A stretch of 43,040 nt of DNA, taken from positions 1-43,040 of the forward strand of contig JAHZKV010000012.1 in assembly GCA_022600215.1 (NCBI GenBank), given 5' to 3'. This document shows positions 42,222-43,040 of this stretch, in pieces. This DNA is from a bacterium (GTDB taxonomy: Bacteria > Chlamydiota > Chlamydiia > Chlamydiales > 2-12-FULL-49-11). The position numbers and the translations under genes are program-made. The stretch's first letter is position 1; every line of letters begins with the position of its first letter. Under the pieces are notes generated by a model. The model was not told where the DNA came from, made no database searches, and worked only from the letters and a program-made list of their open reading frames with translations.

Positions 42222-42563
42222 TTAGCCTTTCTTGAGCTTTCTTAAAATAGAGAGAAGGGCTCCTTGATCCTTTCTTTCTGTATAGACTAAGATTCCAGAA
42301 TGTTGTGAATCTTTCTTTATAAACCGAAAGATTATTTTACCTGCATCAATACACGCAATCTTCTCATTAAAGATTCCTGCAATATTTTTAAGAAGAGTGT
42401 TATTGTTGGCCTGTTTTATATAAAGATATGGATAAGAGTTATGTATCCTTAATCGAGTAGATAAATGTCCGTATTTTTTATTATGTAAGAGTATCTTTTG
42501 TGTATGTATAAGTAATTGCTGTAGCTCTCCAGCATTTAGCTCGTAAGCAGTTGATAAATCCAA
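42222..42563 (-). CDS. Hypothetical 113-aa protein, paralog family with 40888-41352
   Basis: TTG start 5 nt after a strong AAGGAGG. Sequence (M)DLSTAYELNAGELQQLLIHTQ… and …LKNIAGIFNEKIACIDAGKIIFRFI. Confidence 0.5.
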   Translation of the reverse strand: MDLSTAYELNAGELQQLLIHTQKILLHNKKYGHLSTRLRIHNSYPYLYIKQANNNTLLKNIAGIFNEKIACIDAGKIIFRFIKKDSQHSGILVYTERKDQGALLSILRKLKKG

Positions 42564-42590
42564 AGTTACCTCCTTATTCTAAGCCGCAGT

Positions 42591-42619
42591 AGTATGGGGT
42601 TTTGTTAAGATTTGGTCAA
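42591..42619 (-). promoter_or_regulatory. Candidate promoter TTGACC -17- CATACT
   Basis: Minus strand: TTGACC (42619-42614), 17-nt spacer, CATACT (42596-42591), upstream of the TTG start at 42563. Confidence 0.4.
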
Positions 42620-42688
42620 TTTTTTTATTTTTTTCTCGAATTTAAAAGTATAATTTTCTATACTTCGTAGCTACATTAGAGGGCTATT

Positions 42689-43040
42689 ATGAATCGTTTT
42701 TTTGCATTTTTCTTTTTAACACTTACTGGGTCTGTCTCCACGCTTTTTGCAAAAGACTTTTTGTATTTGGGAGCTTATGAAGATGCAATCATGCCAAATG
42801 AAGCCTACCGTCCTCCTAAACCGTTTATGTGGAATGCTAACTTGAAAGTAACTCGCTCTGTTACTGCTGGCTTTGAACACCGTTTTTACTCTTATCGAAA
42901 ATGGATGGAGCTGTACACAGGGGTGAGTGGTAACTATATGGAAGCAAAAGGGACTCTTTCTCATGATGCTATTGGAGCGGTGAGTACTTACTTGATGCTG
43001 AGGTTGTACTTTATAAAGACCGATGTGGCAAAATTTTACG
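42689..43040 (+). CDS. Secreted, probably outer-membrane protein (partial, runs off the window)
   Basis: Hand translation: MNRFFAFFFLTLTGSVSTLFA|KDFLYLGAYED…, 117 codons with no stop to the window edge. Missing from the ORF track because it has no stop. The antisense 82-aa ORF is probably spurious. Confidence 0.55.
   Translation, partial: MNRFFAFFFLTLTGSVSTLFAKDFLYLGAYEDAIMPNEAYRPPKPFMWNANLKVTRSVTAGFEHRFYSYRKWMELYTGVSGNYMEAKGTLSHDAIGAVSTYLMLRLYFIKTDVAKFY

Noticed and set aside
40671-43040. Prophage or integrative element at tRNA-Phe.
   Set aside because: No integrase, recombinase, transposase or phage-like ORF is visible within the window. Only small orphan genes are present, so it is described as an islet rather than a mobile element.

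Overview
This 43 kb window looks like chromosomal DNA from a member of the phylum Chlamydiae, probably an environmental non-Chlamydiaceae lineage. GC is roughly 35-40% by hand counts. The assignment rests on gene content and on several synteny blocks that I recall from Chlamydia trachomatis: cdsJ-CT560-cdsL-cdsR-cdsS-cdsT, a ParA / plasmid-gp6D-paralog pair, pgmA / NifS-like / NifU-like, DUF47 + PiT, and rpsL-rpsG-fusA-rpsJ beside tsp. Other housekeeping genes are pta-ackA, glgP, rluB, birA, rodA, a BamE-like lipoprotein and tRNA-Phe. Accessory or unusual material sits between these conserved blocks:

1. A SAM-methyltransferase with a signal-like N-terminus is wedged between sctL and sctR inside the type III secretion operon.
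2. A four-gene orphan module encodes two small disordered proteins, a 185-aa protein and an Inc-like membrane protein. Each small ORF is followed by a conserved hairpin motif.
3. Three tandem paralogs encode ~700-aa secreted proteins (about 7 CarboxypepD_reg/Cna-B-like repeats plus a C-terminal FN3-like domain). The last copy carries a second, in-frame FN3 copy behind a single TAA, and that copy ends in an ATGA overlap with a small beta-barrel OMP gene.
4. A two-hairpin REP-like element is present twice (17.2 kb and 40.5 kb), with compensatory base-pair changes between the copies.
5. A 169-nt rod-like hairpin lies between tsp and tRNA-Phe. It could be a structured ncRNA with 6S-like architecture or a MITE.
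6. A tRNA-Phe-flanked islet holds small, individually promoted orphan genes, next to an inverted 16-nt copy of the tRNA T-arm.

I saw no CRISPR array, rRNA, transposase or integrase. All family assignments come from motif recognition by eye and need HMM or BLAST confirmation.
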